Shown: positions 8,821 to 19,084 of the stretch, piece after piece
Layout of the letters: every line of letters starts with the position of its first letter
How positions within the stretch are numbered: the stretch's first letter is position 1
Assembly: GCA_021108295.1 (NCBI GenBank)
Contig: JAIORF010000102.1
Span: 7,260-71,259, forward strand
Direction: 5' to 3'
Origin: a bacterium
GTDB taxonomy: Bacteria; Patescibacteriota; Dojkabacteria; SC72
Length of the DNA: 64,000 nt
The notes under the pieces: generated by a model
Told to the model about the DNA's origin: nothing
Database searches by the model: none
The model's input: the letters and a program-made list of their open reading frames with translations, nothing else
Made by a program: the position numbers and the translations under genes

Positions 8821-10218
8821 ATGATGTTTGATAAGAAACAGGACACAAGTGATCCATATCATTCTGGATATATTGCTCCTAAGGGTTGGCAACCGAAAAA
8901 TCCCGATGAGGATTATGTAATATCCCTTTTGGATATTGAACTATCTGATGGTATTGGTATGGATAAATTTGAGACTGCTGTGGCTGCTTGTGCAGCAGAG
9001 AGTTCTACTGGTACATGGACTAAGGTCTATGATGGGAAGGATAGTGGGGTGAAGATGGCAGAGAAAATGAGGGCTGTAGCGTTTGATTTGGATCCTCAGA
9101 CAAAGACCTTTAAGATTGCTTACAAGAAGGAGCTGTTTGAGACAGGAAATCTCTCTGGTTTACTTGCAGGTGTTGTTGGTAATATCGATGGTATGAAGAT
9201 GCTAAAGGCTTTTAGGTGTCTTGATGTGAGATTCCCAAGAGAATGGGTAGAGTCTATGCCAGGTCCTGCATTTGGTATAGATGATATGAGGGATTTGTTA
9301 GGGATTCCTACTGGCCCTATCCTTTGTACTGTACCTAAGCCAAAGGTTGGTAGGACTGCTAAGGAACAGGCTAATCTTGCTAAGATATTGTTCACAGCAG
9401 CGGATGGTGAGTATCAGGGTATTAAGGATGATGAGAACTTAACTAGTTTACATTTTAGTAAGTTTGAGGATAGGGTGGAGGAGATACACAAGGTGAGAAA
9501 GGATATTGAGGGAAAGACTGGTAAAAAGAAGTTCTATCTTTGTAATGTGACGCATAGCAATATTGATGTGATGTTAGAAAGAGCTGAGATGATTAAGTCT
9601 GCTGGTGGTAGGTGGATGATGATGGATGTTGTTGTTACTGGATTTAGTGCAGTTCATACCATGAGGTTAAAGAATCCTGGTTTAGCTATACATGCACATA
9701 GGGCAATGCATAGTTTGTTTGATAGAGAGAGTGGTCCGGGTGTGTATGATATGGGTGAAATTAAGGATTTTTCAATGTCTATGATTGTGATTGCTAAATT
9801 GATGCGTTTACTTGGTGTTGACGCACTTCATGGTGGTGCTCCTAAGACTAAGATGGAGAACTATGGAGAGCCAAAGCTTATCAAAGATGCTTTGCAGGCG
9901 GATAATACGCCATCTTCTAGTATGACTCTGGGACAGAATTGGTTTGGTATGAAGCCAGTATGGCATGTTGCTTCTGGGGGTTTACACCCTGGCTCTTTGG
10001 AAGAAGTGATTAAACAGTTAGGTGAAGATATCATGATACAGTGTGGTGGTGGAGTGTTGGGTCATCCATGGGGCATAGAGGCTGGTGTGGAGGCTGTAGT
10101 GCAGGCTAGAGACCTTTCAATGAGTAGGGTGGATATGAAGGGTTGGATAGTGGAAAATCCTGATAGTGCTTTGGCTAAGGCTGCTCAACATTGGGGGTTT
10201 GATCCAAGGATTGTATAG
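8821..10218 (+). CDS. rbcL: RuBisCO large subunit, form II/III type
   Basis: CTVPKPKVG (K175/K177), GIKDDENL (carbamylated-Lys loop), AIHAHRAMHS, and GGLHPG...QCGGGVLGHPWG are present. The start is set at the MMFDKK ATG to clear the rlmN overlap. Confidence 0.85.
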   Translation: MMFDKKQDTSDPYHSGYIAPKGWQPKNPDEDYVISLLDIELSDGIGMDKFETAVAACAAESSTGTWTKVYDGKDSGVKMAEKMRAVAFDLDPQTKTFKIAYKKELFETGNLSGLLAGVVGNIDGMKMLKAFRCLDVRFPREWVESMPGPAFGIDDMRDLLGIPTGPILCTVPKPKVGRTAKEQANLAKILFTAADGEYQGIKDDENLTSLHFSKFEDRVEEIHKVRKDIEGKTGKKKFYLCNVTHSNIDVMLERAEMIKSAGGRWMMMDVVVTGFSAVHTMRLKNPGLAIHAHRAMHSLFDRESGPGVYDMGEIKDFSMSMIVIAKLMRLLGVDALHGGAPKTKMENYGEPKLIKDALQADNTPSSSMTLGQNWFGMKPVWHVASGGLHPGSLEEVIKQLGEDIMIQCGGGVLGHPWGIEAGVEAVVQARDLSMSRVDMKGWIVENPDSALAKAAQHWGFDPRIV

Positions 10219-10561
10219 AATTGCTTTCTAAATCAAAGAGATATCTTCCAATGAGGGTTCTTTCGCTAGAAATGATTGTAGTAAGTTCCCTAATTTCTTG
10301 ATTATCTGCCATACGGATAATTACAATTTCAAATATGGGGTCATCTATATCTCTTATACCTTGCTCTATTAGAATATATCCATCTTCTTTGTCTGTATAA
10401 TGGCCGATAATCCAGCCATCGCTATCAGTCTCGTCCTTATATCCAGGAGTGAACTGTTGGGATAATGCTATGGATACTACAGGCGAGAAATCTTCAAGAT
10501 CATTATTAATCTCTTGTGGCAGTGGTAATCTTAATATTTCAGATTTACCATTTTCTATCAT
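10175..10561 (-). CDS. Hypothetical acidic protein
   Basis: ORF only. It overlaps the RuBisCO 3' end by 44 nt in convergent orientation and has no recognisable motif. Confidence 0.3.
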   Translation of the reverse strand: MIENGKSEILRLPLPQEINNDLEDFSPVVSIALSQQFTPGYKDETDSDGWIIGHYTDKEDGYILIEQGIRDIDDPIFEIVIIRMADNQEIRELTTIISSERTLIGRYLFDLESNSIQSLDQTPNVEQP

Positions 10562-10600
10562 TGCTTAATTATCATATATTCTGTTAGAATAATCAATACT

Positions 10601-12319
10601 ATGAAATACTCACAAATATTTACAAAAACGGACAAGAATGCGAAGAAATATAACTCTGCTAATGCTACGCTACTAACTAAAGGTGGCTTTATTGATCAAA
10701 CAATGGCAGGAGTTTACACATTTCTACCTTTAGGTACTAGAGTATTACGAAAAATAGAGAAGATTGTAAGAGAAGAAATGGATAAGATAGGGGTAGAGAT
10801 AGTGATGCCAGCCCTATCGCCCAAGGAAGCTTGGATTAATACTGGGAGATTGGAGGAGGTAGACATTCTTTTTAAGGTATGTGGTGCTAATGAGCTTTCT
10901 AGAAGGGTTAATAGTGCAGAATATATCTTAAATCCTACACATGAGGAGATAGTTACACCATTGGCTATGAAGTTTAGAAGGAGTTATAAAGATTTTCCAT
11001 TTGCACTCTATCAGATACAGACTAAGTATAGAAATGAGGCTAGACCAAAGTCTGGGATACTAAGGGGTAGGGAGTTTCTAATGAAAGATCTTTACAGTTT
11101 TCACACATCCATAGAGGATTTTAGAGAGTATTATGAAAAAGCTAAACAATCATACTGGAATATATTCGAGAGGTTAGAGATTAAAGAGGATACTGTGCTT
11201 GCAGCTGCATCAGGTGGTACATTTACAACAGAATTTTCTCATGAGTTTCAGACAAAGTGTGAGACAGGGGAAGATTTGATTTTTCAAGTACCAAGTACAG
11301 GGGAGGCGTTTAATAGGGAGGTTGCACCATCGAAAGCTCCAGAAAGTGCTCAAGAGAGTGAAATGAAAGAGATGGAGCATAGGAATGAGCCTGGGATAAT
11401 TGGAGTAGAAGCTCTGTGTAGGGTGTTTAATATAGAAGATTTCCAAACAGTCAAGACTCTTGTATTTGAGACCGATAGTAAGGAGCAGCCTGTAGTGGTT
11501 GTAGCTTTGAGAGGAGACTATGATATCAATGAAATGAAGCTTATGGAGATTGTAGGATGTAGTAAGATGAGATTGGCTAAAGAGGAGGTGGTAGAGAAAA
11601 TAACAGGTGCAGAGATAGGGTATGCAGGTATAATAAATCTGCAAGAAGGAGTGCCGGTGTATATTGATGACTCTATAGAATCTCTTGTCAATTTCGAATG
11701 TGGAGGGAATCGTACTGACTATCATATACTAAATGTGAACTGGGGTAGGGATATAGAAAAGCCTGAAAAGTTCCACGACATCAAAGTCGCTAAGCAAGGA
11801 GACTTATTTCGTGAAACAAATGAAGTGTATGACACCTTCAGAGCTAGTGAAGTGGGTAACATATTCCCTCTATTTGATAAATTCTCTAAGGCGCTGGGGT
11901 ATAACTATGTAAATAAAGAGGGTATAGAAAAGCCCGTCATTATGGGTTGTTATGGATTTGGTATAACACGTGTACTCGGGGTACTAGTTGAGAAGTATCA
12001 TGATGAGAATGGTATTGTTTGGCCATACAGTGTAGCGCCGTTTCACATCCAATTATTGCATATAGGAGAGGATGGGTATAAACGAGCAAAGGAGTTGGAA
12101 AGAGAATTAGAAGCGAATGGGTTTGAAGTTTTGTGGGATGATAGAGAGAGTGTGAGCGTTGGGGAGAAATTTGCAGATGCAGATTTGATAGGTTGTCCAT
12201 TTAGGATAGTGGTGAGTGATAAAACTCTCACTCAGGAATCTGTAGAGATTAAGAAAAGGAATGAATCTGAACCTAATATTGTCCCTATGGATGAAATTGT
12301 CTCTTTCCTAAGGGTTTAA
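10601..12319 (+). CDS. proS: Prolyl-tRNA synthetase (bacterial type with insertion/editing domain)
   Basis: Class II motifs are present (FLMKDLYSFH; GCYGFGITRVLGVLVEKYHDENGIVWPYSVAPFHIQLL). Confidence 0.85.
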   Translation: MKYSQIFTKTDKNAKKYNSANATLLTKGGFIDQTMAGVYTFLPLGTRVLRKIEKIVREEMDKIGVEIVMPALSPKEAWINTGRLEEVDILFKVCGANELSRRVNSAEYILNPTHEEIVTPLAMKFRRSYKDFPFALYQIQTKYRNEARPKSGILRGREFLMKDLYSFHTSIEDFREYYEKAKQSYWNIFERLEIKEDTVLAAASGGTFTTEFSHEFQTKCETGEDLIFQVPSTGEAFNREVAPSKAPESAQESEMKEMEHRNEPGIIGVEALCRVFNIEDFQTVKTLVFETDSKEQPVVVVALRGDYDINEMKLMEIVGCSKMRLAKEEVVEKITGAEIGYAGIINLQEGVPVYIDDSIESLVNFECGGNRTDYHILNVNWGRDIEKPEKFHDIKVAKQGDLFRETNEVYDTFRASEVGNIFPLFDKFSKALGYNYVNKEGIEKPVIMGCYGFGITRVLGVLVEKYHDENGIVWPYSVAPFHIQLLHIGEDGYKRAKELERELEANGFEVLWDDRESVSVGEKFADADLIGCPFRIVVSDKTLTQESVEIKKRNESEPNIVPMDEIVSFLRV

Positions 12320-15175
12320 TCACTGTTTCTTTTTAAGCCATTGTCCAGTATAGCTTTCCTTGCAATTCATAATATCTTCAACGCTTCCTTGAGCAACAAT
12401 GTTTCCGCCATTCTCTCCTCCATCTGGACCGAGATCAATTATCCAATCAGCTTGTTTTACTACATCAAGATTGTGTTCGATGATAATTACAGTGTGACCT
12501 TTCTCAACTAGACCACGAAGAAGAATGAGGAGTTTATCTACATCGTAGAAATGAAGACCTGTAGTTGGCTCATCTAAAATATATACTGTATGTCCCCGTG
12601 CCATCTTGGCAAGTTCTTTTGAAAGTTTTATTCTTTGGGATTCCCCACCAGAGAGAGTGAGTGCTGATTGTCCTAGTTTGATGTATCCAAGACCCACCTC
12701 CTGCAAAACATTTAATTTCCTATAGATGGTTGGAATATTTTCAAAAAACTTTAGAGCTTCGTCTACAGACATATGAAGAACTTCTGAAATATTCTTTCCT
12801 TTGTAATCAATGTCGAGGGCTTCTTTATTGTATCTTTTCCCATCACATTGGTCGCAGGTGATGTACATATCGGGTAAAAACTGCATCTCTACCTTGATTT
12901 GGCCGTCTCCCTTACACTTTTCACACCTTCCACCCTTCACATTGAAGCTAAATCTTCCTGCTTTATACCCTCTAGCTCTCGCTTCTTGGGTTTGGGCAAA
13001 AAGATCTCTAATTGGTGTAAAAACGCCGGTATATGTGGCTGGATTGGACCTTGGTGTGCGTCCAATAGGGGATTGGTCAATGCTTATGACCTTATCTATG
13101 GCATCAAGGCCGTCTATATCTTCGTACTGTCCTTCGATTTGTTTTCCATGCATTTTGCTATTCATCAGGGCAGGGTAGAGGGTGTCATTTATTAAAGAAG
13201 ATTTCCCACTTCCAGATACTCCTGTGATGCAGGTGAGCGTATTTGTTGGAATTTGAAGGTCAATTTGTTTGAGGTTGTGAGTTGTAACTCCAGTCATGTA
13301 GATACGGTCTTTTTGAGTGACACTCTTTTTCTTTTGGATCTCGCTGTTAATCTTAGACCCTACAGTACACTCCTTGTTTAGATACTTAGCAGTATACGAA
13401 TTGGATTGCTTTATATCTTTTATACTACCTTGTGCTACAATTTCCCCTCCTTTATTACCTGCATTGGGACCAATATCTACTATGTAGTCAGCATGATGCA
13501 TTGTTTCTTCGTCGTGTTCCACTATGATCACAGTATTTCCAGAGTCTCTTAAGTTCTCAAGAGAGCCTAGGAGTCTACTTACATCTCTCGAATGTAGCCC
13601 AATAGAGGGCTCATCGAGAACGTATAGCACACCTGAAAGGCCTGTGCCAATTTGAGAGGCAAGTCTAATTCTTTGTGATTCTCCACCAGAAAGGGTATTG
13701 GCTTTCCTAGAGAGGGTAAGGTAGTTTAGTCCTACATTTGTAAGAAATTCAAGTCGTGAGTTTATCTCTTTGAGGATAGGTTTAGAGATTGTTCTGCTAT
13801 TTCCTTTTAGCTTAAGATCGTTTAAGAACTCTTTTAACTCTGAAATAGGTAGTTGGGTTAGGTCTATGATGTTCTTTTCTCCTAGGCGTACAGAGAGAGA
13901 GTATGGTTTAAGTCTTTGGCCATTGCATAGGTGACAAATGATATCTTCCATATATTTCTCTATTTCAGTTCTTCTATACTCAGAGCTTGTTTCTTTATAT
14001 CCTCGTATCTGTTCATTTACTACCCCTTCGTATTGGATGTCGTAAGTTCGTTTTCTACCAAATCTGTTGGTATATTCTATTTTGTAGTAGGGGTTAGTAC
14101 CTTTTCCAAAGAAAATTAGATCAAATATTTCCGTTGGATAGTTTTTGATACGTGTTTTAAGATCAAAGCCGTGTTCCACAGAAAGTGATTCTAGGATTCT
14201 CTTGCTCCAAGAGTCTTTTGCCATTCTATTGGCCCAAGGGAAAATTCCTCCTTCGAGTATTGTTAGGTTGGGGTTATAAATTTTTTGTACATTTACCTCT
14301 TGCACATGTCCCAATCCCGCACAATTCGGACATGCCCCTTCTGGAGAGTTGAAAGAGAAGGTTGCGGGCGTTATCTTGGGGTAGGAGAGGTTGCAGTTAA
14401 AGCAGGTGAACTTTTCTGAGAAGAAGTGATCTTTATTTTTACTTCTAACGATTATTTCTCCATCTGACATATTGGATGCTACCTCCAAAGAATCGATTAA
14501 ACGTTTATGGAATTTCTCATCTTCAAATTGTAGAGTGTTTAGTCTGTCGACTATAAGTTCTATATTATGCTTTTTGTTTTTGTCCACAGGAATGTCGTCT
14601 ATATCATCAAGGTGGTAGGTATTCCCATCTACAATTACTCTTAGGAATCCCTTGTTGAGAAGTTTCTCAAAGAGTCCAGAGTATTCTCCTTTCCTATTTT
14701 TTACTAAAGGGGAAAGGATTTGAAATTTCTCTTCGTTTTTGAATTCGGATTCTACGAGGTCAGCAATTTGTTGTATTGTTTGTGATTTAATTATCTCTCC
14801 ACACTTAGGACAGTGTGGTACTCCTAGGTGTCCGTAAAGGAGTCTAAGGTATCCATAGATTTCGGTGATTGTTCCTACGGTAGATCTAGGATTCTTGCTT
14901 GTGGTTTTTTGGTCAATTGAGATGGCAGGAGAGAGTCCTGTTATGGATTCTACATCTGGTTTTTTCATTACTCCTAAGAATTGTCTTGCGTAAGAGGAGA
15001 GTGATTCTACATATCGTCTTTGACCTTCTGCATAGAGGGTGTCAAAAGCCAAAGAGGATTTACCACTTCCGGATACTCCAGTGAATACTATTAATTTGTT
15101 TTTTGGTAATTCTAGCGAGACATTTCTAAGATTGTTTTGTCTAGCGCCTTTAATTACGATTGTTTCGTTTTGCAT
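12320..15175 (-). CDS. uvrA: Excinuclease ABC subunit A
   Basis: Two ABC ATPase modules (GVSGSGKSSLAFDTLYAEGQRRYVESLS; GVSGSGKSSLINDTLYP) and zinc-finger CxxC pairs in a 951-aa protein. Confidence 0.95.
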   Translation of the reverse strand: MQNETIVIKGARQNNLRNVSLELPKNKLIVFTGVSGSGKSSLAFDTLYAEGQRRYVESLSSYARQFLGVMKKPDVESITGLSPAISIDQKTTSKNPRSTVGTITEIYGYLRLLYGHLGVPHCPKCGEIIKSQTIQQIADLVESEFKNEEKFQILSPLVKNRKGEYSGLFEKLLNKGFLRVIVDGNTYHLDDIDDIPVDKNKKHNIELIVDRLNTLQFEDEKFHKRLIDSLEVASNMSDGEIIVRSKNKDHFFSEKFTCFNCNLSYPKITPATFSFNSPEGACPNCAGLGHVQEVNVQKIYNPNLTILEGGIFPWANRMAKDSWSKRILESLSVEHGFDLKTRIKNYPTEIFDLIFFGKGTNPYYKIEYTNRFGRKRTYDIQYEGVVNEQIRGYKETSSEYRRTEIEKYMEDIICHLCNGQRLKPYSLSVRLGEKNIIDLTQLPISELKEFLNDLKLKGNSRTISKPILKEINSRLEFLTNVGLNYLTLSRKANTLSGGESQRIRLASQIGTGLSGVLYVLDEPSIGLHSRDVSRLLGSLENLRDSGNTVIIVEHDEETMHHADYIVDIGPNAGNKGGEIVAQGSIKDIKQSNSYTAKYLNKECTVGSKINSEIQKKKSVTQKDRIYMTGVTTHNLKQIDLQIPTNTLTCITGVSGSGKSSLINDTLYPALMNSKMHGKQIEGQYEDIDGLDAIDKVISIDQSPIGRTPRSNPATYTGVFTPIRDLFAQTQEARARGYKAGRFSFNVKGGRCEKCKGDGQIKVEMQFLPDMYITCDQCDGKRYNKEALDIDYKGKNISEVLHMSVDEALKFFENIPTIYRKLNVLQEVGLGYIKLGQSALTLSGGESQRIKLSKELAKMARGHTVYILDEPTTGLHFYDVDKLLILLRGLVEKGHTVIIIEHNLDVVKQADWIIDLGPDGGENGGNIVAQGSVEDIMNCKESYTGQWLKKKQ

Positions 15176-15226
15176 CTCGATTTATATTATATCATGAAGA
15201 TGTAGTATAATGAGGGGATTTGGTAG

Positions 15227-15300
15227 GCACCTGTAGCTCAATTGGATAGAGCAACGCACTCCTAACGCGTAGGTTATCGGTTCGATTCCGGTCAGGTGCG
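15227..15300 (+). tRNA. tRNA-Arg (anticodon CCT)
   Basis: Acceptor GCACCTG/CAGGTGC, anticodon loop CTCCTAA with U33 and A37, T-loop TTCGATT. Confidence 0.7.
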
Positions 15301-15304
15301 AAGA

Positions 15305-16849
15305 TTAATGTATTGTGTACACAGTTATCTGTACTCCGTCTTCTGTGATATTTGTGAGAGTGATGAGTTCATCTCTAGAGCGTGTGATTGTCCAGTATAT
15401 GATGTTTTCACTACTAATTAGTGGTGTTTTGTTGTCACCATCCTTGTCAGCGATGTATATGAAGTTGTCTTCTTTAAAGGAGATGTAGCTTGAGTTAGAG
15501 ATCCAACTTATATCTTCTATTTGATCAAAGAGTAAGTTTCCAATATCTTTAGTTCCTATAGTGACGGTATGGTCTCCATTTTCTTTATCGAATGTAAAGA
15601 TTTCATATTTCTTAGAATTCTCTAGAAGTAATTTATCATTATCAGGGGAGAACGCTATTAGTTGTACAGGGTAAGGAGATACAGTGATGTATTTGTCTGC
15701 TACAATATCATACCAGTATGTAGATTGAGTAGTTTGGATATATACACCTTCGCTACTTTGGTTGACGTAGAAGTCTGTAATTTCTCCTATAGTTTGTGTG
15801 CATTCTGGAGAGTTTGTAAAGAAGCTAAAATCAAAGCCTGTAGATCTGTAGTTCTCAATGTATTCTGTATTGTTCTGGAAATATACTGTAGGTATTACCT
15901 CTGTCTGGGAGGATCCATCAAGTTTGTATTGGAACAAAGCATATTTTAGAATGTCGTTAGGCGATGTTTCTAAGTGTTTGACGATGTAAAAGAAGCCTTC
16001 TTTGTCTGTAATCCATTTATCTAGTGGGTTTGTTTTCTTTAGGAGTAAAGACTTTGTACCTTTGTTGAAGTCGTATGAGAGAACTTCGGTCTTGGACTCT
16101 AGTATTAAGTATTTATTATCCAATGACCAAGTAGTGTCGTAATCAGAGAATTTAGAGAGATTTATTTGGTTTATAGCGAGATCTTTGTACTCAGAGGATT
16201 TATTTGTTGGGATTATATAGTTACTAGAGGCTGTACTATTGACGATATTTAGAAGGGCGAATTCTCCTGAGTGCGAGAGTAGTAGATCAATATCTTCAAT
16301 TATTCCCTCCTCTGTATCCTCTAGGCTCAAAATTACGGTAGATTTTATACCTAGTTCCCAGAATTGTGTATTAAGATCGTAATGTAGTAATTCGTAACGA
16401 GTTTCATCTTTAAGTAAGAGCAGTAAATGATTATCAGTATCATCTATCCAATATTTCTGTAGGATTTTGTCTGAACTAAACCCAATCTCTGACTTAATCT
16501 CTGATAGTATTAGCCAAGGGAATACGGGGGTAGATTTTTCTTCTAGAATTGTTACATCCTTTATCCAATCGTAGTAACCCTCTTTACTTACTTTGATAGA
16601 GTATGTGCCGACATTTAGTGCAGTGCTTTTACTTGTGCGTCCTATAGTTTCGTCATTTATCTCTATTGTTGCTAGGGTGGGAGAGCTTTCTACTGTAAGT
16701 ACACCTGTTTTTCTGACAGAATGGTTCGAAAAATCGATTCTCCAACCACTTGCGTATAGAAAAATTACTAGAGTTCCTGTATATATAGAGAGGGTGAGTA
16801 GAATAGATGTGAGCACTGGGAGGAGACTTTTGGACTTATTTGATTTCAT
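15305..16849 (-). CDS. Membrane-anchored PEGA-domain / beta-propeller-like hypothetical protein
   Basis: An N-terminal TM helix is followed by a PEGA-like segment (TLATIEINDETIGRTSKSTALNVGTYSIKVSKEGYYDW) and a repetitive beta-rich remainder. Confidence 0.5.
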   Translation of the reverse strand: MKSNKSKSLLPVLTSILLTLSIYTGTLVIFLYASGWRIDFSNHSVRKTGVLTVESSPTLATIEINDETIGRTSKSTALNVGTYSIKVSKEGYYDWIKDVTILEEKSTPVFPWLILSEIKSEIGFSSDKILQKYWIDDTDNHLLLLLKDETRYELLHYDLNTQFWELGIKSTVILSLEDTEEGIIEDIDLLLSHSGEFALLNIVNSTASSNYIIPTNKSSEYKDLAINQINLSKFSDYDTTWSLDNKYLILESKTEVLSYDFNKGTKSLLLKKTNPLDKWITDKEGFFYIVKHLETSPNDILKYALFQYKLDGSSQTEVIPTVYFQNNTEYIENYRSTGFDFSFFTNSPECTQTIGEITDFYVNQSSEGVYIQTTQSTYWYDIVADKYITVSPYPVQLIAFSPDNDKLLLENSKKYEIFTFDKENGDHTVTIGTKDIGNLLFDQIEDISWISNSSYISFKEDNFIYIADKDGDNKTPLISSENIIYWTITRSRDELITLTNITEDGVQITVYTIH

Positions 16850-16886
16850 AGTGTGTTAGTATAGCATAAGTTGGTATAATAGAGGT

Positions 16887-17903
16887 ATGATAGGAAAGAA
16901 ATTAGGAATTGATTTAGGTACGGCCAACTCTGTGGTATTCGTGCAGGGGGAGGGTATCGTATTTGTAGAGCCAACTGTTGTGGCTATTGATGTTAATAGT
17001 TACAAAGTTATTGCTGTAGGAAAAGAAGCAAAGGAGATGATTGGTAAGACTCCTGAGAATATTGTAGCCAAGAGGCCTCTTAGGAATGGTGTTATCGCAG
17101 ATTCTCGGGTGACAGAAGCCTTGCTTAAATACTTCTTTGATAAGGCTTTGGGTAAGACTAGGTTTTTCAAACCGGATGTTGTGATAAGTGTGCCTGCAGG
17201 TATTACTACTGTAGAGCAGAGGGCTGTACTTAAGGCTGCTAATGCTGCTGGTGCAAAGAATATTACACTTCTTCCTGAACCACTGCTTGCTGCACTTGGT
17301 GCAGAACTTCCAATTAATACTTCCTCGGGTAATATGATAGTTAATATGGGAGGTGGTACTTCAGAAATTGCAGTAATCTCTTTGGATGGAATTGTAAGGT
17401 ATGATTCCTTGAGGGTGGCTGGAGATGCTATCAATGAGGCGATAATAGCATATATGAGAAAGAGAAAGGGTGTATTGATAGGAGAACAGACTGCAGAGAA
17501 AGTTAAGTTTGAAATAGGATCTGCACTTGAGATTGAAAAGCCCCTAGAGATGGAGGTAAGGGGTAGGGATGTTGGTGCAGGAGTACCTAAGGCAGTATTG
17601 GTTAATTCTAATGATATTGCTCAAGCTGTTAAGATGCCACTGAGAAAAATTATACAGTCCATTAAGGGTGTTCTTGAGCAAACTCCTCCTGAGCTTTCTG
17701 CAGACATTATAGATAGGGGTATGGTAATGAGTGGTGGTACTGCAGAGTTGAGAAATCTAGACAGATTGATATCCAAAGCTACAGGTGTTCCAGCCCATGT
17801 TGCTAATGAACCAATATTTTGTGTAGCTAAGGGTACTGGTATGGCTTTAGAGCTAATCGCTTCTGGACAAAGGGTCTTTGTCTTTGAAAAAAAACTTAGT
17901 TAG
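16887..17903 (+). CDS. mreB: Rod-shape-determining actin homologue MreB (copy 1)
   Basis: IGIDLGTANSVVFV phosphate-1 motif, DIGGGT-type motif (NMGGGTSEIAV), and MreB length. Confidence 0.9.
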   Translation: MIGKKLGIDLGTANSVVFVQGEGIVFVEPTVVAIDVNSYKVIAVGKEAKEMIGKTPENIVAKRPLRNGVIADSRVTEALLKYFFDKALGKTRFFKPDVVISVPAGITTVEQRAVLKAANAAGAKNITLLPEPLLAALGAELPINTSSGNMIVNMGGGTSEIAVISLDGIVRYDSLRVAGDAINEAIIAYMRKRKGVLIGEQTAEKVKFEIGSALEIEKPLEMEVRGRDVGAGVPKAVLVNSNDIAQAVKMPLRKIIQSIKGVLEQTPPELSADIIDRGMVMSGGTAELRNLDRLISKATGVPAHVANEPIFCVAKGTGMALELIASGQRVFVFEKKLS

Positions 17904-17917
17904 TGTATATTAACAGT

Positions 17918-19084
17918 ATGATTAGTATGTTTAGTAAAAAAGGAAGAAGTGAGAGAAAGTTAGAAGAAGTAACAAAGCTTCTTCAACGGCTTCGTATTCC
18001 AATTGGGTTGGTATTTACACCAACAAATCTCAAAGAAGAGAAAAAGAGGTTCTTTAATTCAGAAATGTATGAGCCTAATTTTGAGTATAGGGGGATAAAG
18101 AATAAGAATAATGAGATATTTAGAGAGTTGTCTGGTCTAAAGACTATTACAGATATTGACCCAAGGATTTCTGATTTCTATATTGAGTTAATAGAGTCAA
18201 AGAAAGACTCTAGTGCTTTAATGCATGGTGTGGGGAATAATGAATTGGTGACAGAACTGTCATTGAAAAAGTATGGAAAGGTTTCTCCGAAGCTTTTTAG
18301 AAATGCTAGTAGAGTGCTTAGGGGTAAGTTGGATAGTTATAATGTTGTTCAGGCAACTACTGTTGATAAAGGTAAGGTCTTGAATTACAATCAAATAGAT
18401 GAGGTTTTCAAGGTCGCTTTTGAAAGTCTTGGACTATCGGATTGGTCTATATTCCCTTCCAAAAACATTTCAAAGAATGCGGTTAAGGTTGGAATTAAAC
18501 GTAAACAGATATTTGTTGATCCAAATATCACACGATCAGAGTATAAGTTAAAGAAACTTCTTGTGCATGAGATTGGTACTCATGTTTTGCGATCACACAA
18601 TGGTTTTAAAACTGGGTTCCCAGCTTTAGGTAATGCTAATTTGCCCTCATATCTTGATGTAGAAGAGGGTCTTGCGACTTGGAATGAGGAAGCTATGGGT
18701 TTTCTTACTGATAAATGGCTTAAGAAGAAAGCTGGCTTGGTATGGGCAATATATATTGGAGAGGAGATGACGTTTAGGCAGTTGTATAATGCATTGTCAG
18801 GTAGTTTCTTAAAATATTCTGCATGGGATATTGCTTATAGGGTCAAGAGAGGACTAGGGGATACCAGTTATTCGGGAATATATGTGAAGGATGTAGTTTA
18901 TTTCAGGGGTTTTAGGAAGGTAAAGCGTGTATTGGAGAAGGATAGTGCAATGTATGAGAAGCTGTATGCTGGTAAGATAAATATTAAACAGACTAAGTGG
19001 GTTGATGAGGGGTTGTTACCAAAGCCACCAATTGTGCCGTCTAAGGAGTTGTGGAATGATATTTTTGAGAAAGCTAATCTCTAA
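17918..19084 (+). CDS. DUF1704 / QEGLA-motif (MATCAP-family) putative zinc metallopeptidase
   Basis: HEIGTH (HExxH) is followed by VEEGLATWNEE (QEGLA-like). The start is moved from the GTG at 17903 to the first ATG. The stop overlaps the convergent ATP-grasp gene by 11 nt. Confidence 0.5.
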   Translation: MISMFSKKGRSERKLEEVTKLLQRLRIPIGLVFTPTNLKEEKKRFFNSEMYEPNFEYRGIKNKNNEIFRELSGLKTITDIDPRISDFYIELIESKKDSSALMHGVGNNELVTELSLKKYGKVSPKLFRNASRVLRGKLDSYNVVQATTVDKGKVLNYNQIDEVFKVAFESLGLSDWSIFPSKNISKNAVKVGIKRKQIFVDPNITRSEYKLKKLLVHEIGTHVLRSHNGFKTGFPALGNANLPSYLDVEEGLATWNEEAMGFLTDKWLKKKAGLVWAIYIGEEMTFRQLYNALSGSFLKYSAWDIAYRVKRGLGDTSYSGIYVKDVVYFRGFRKVKRVLEKDSAMYEKLYAGKINIKQTKWVDEGLLPKPPIVPSKELWNDIFEKANL

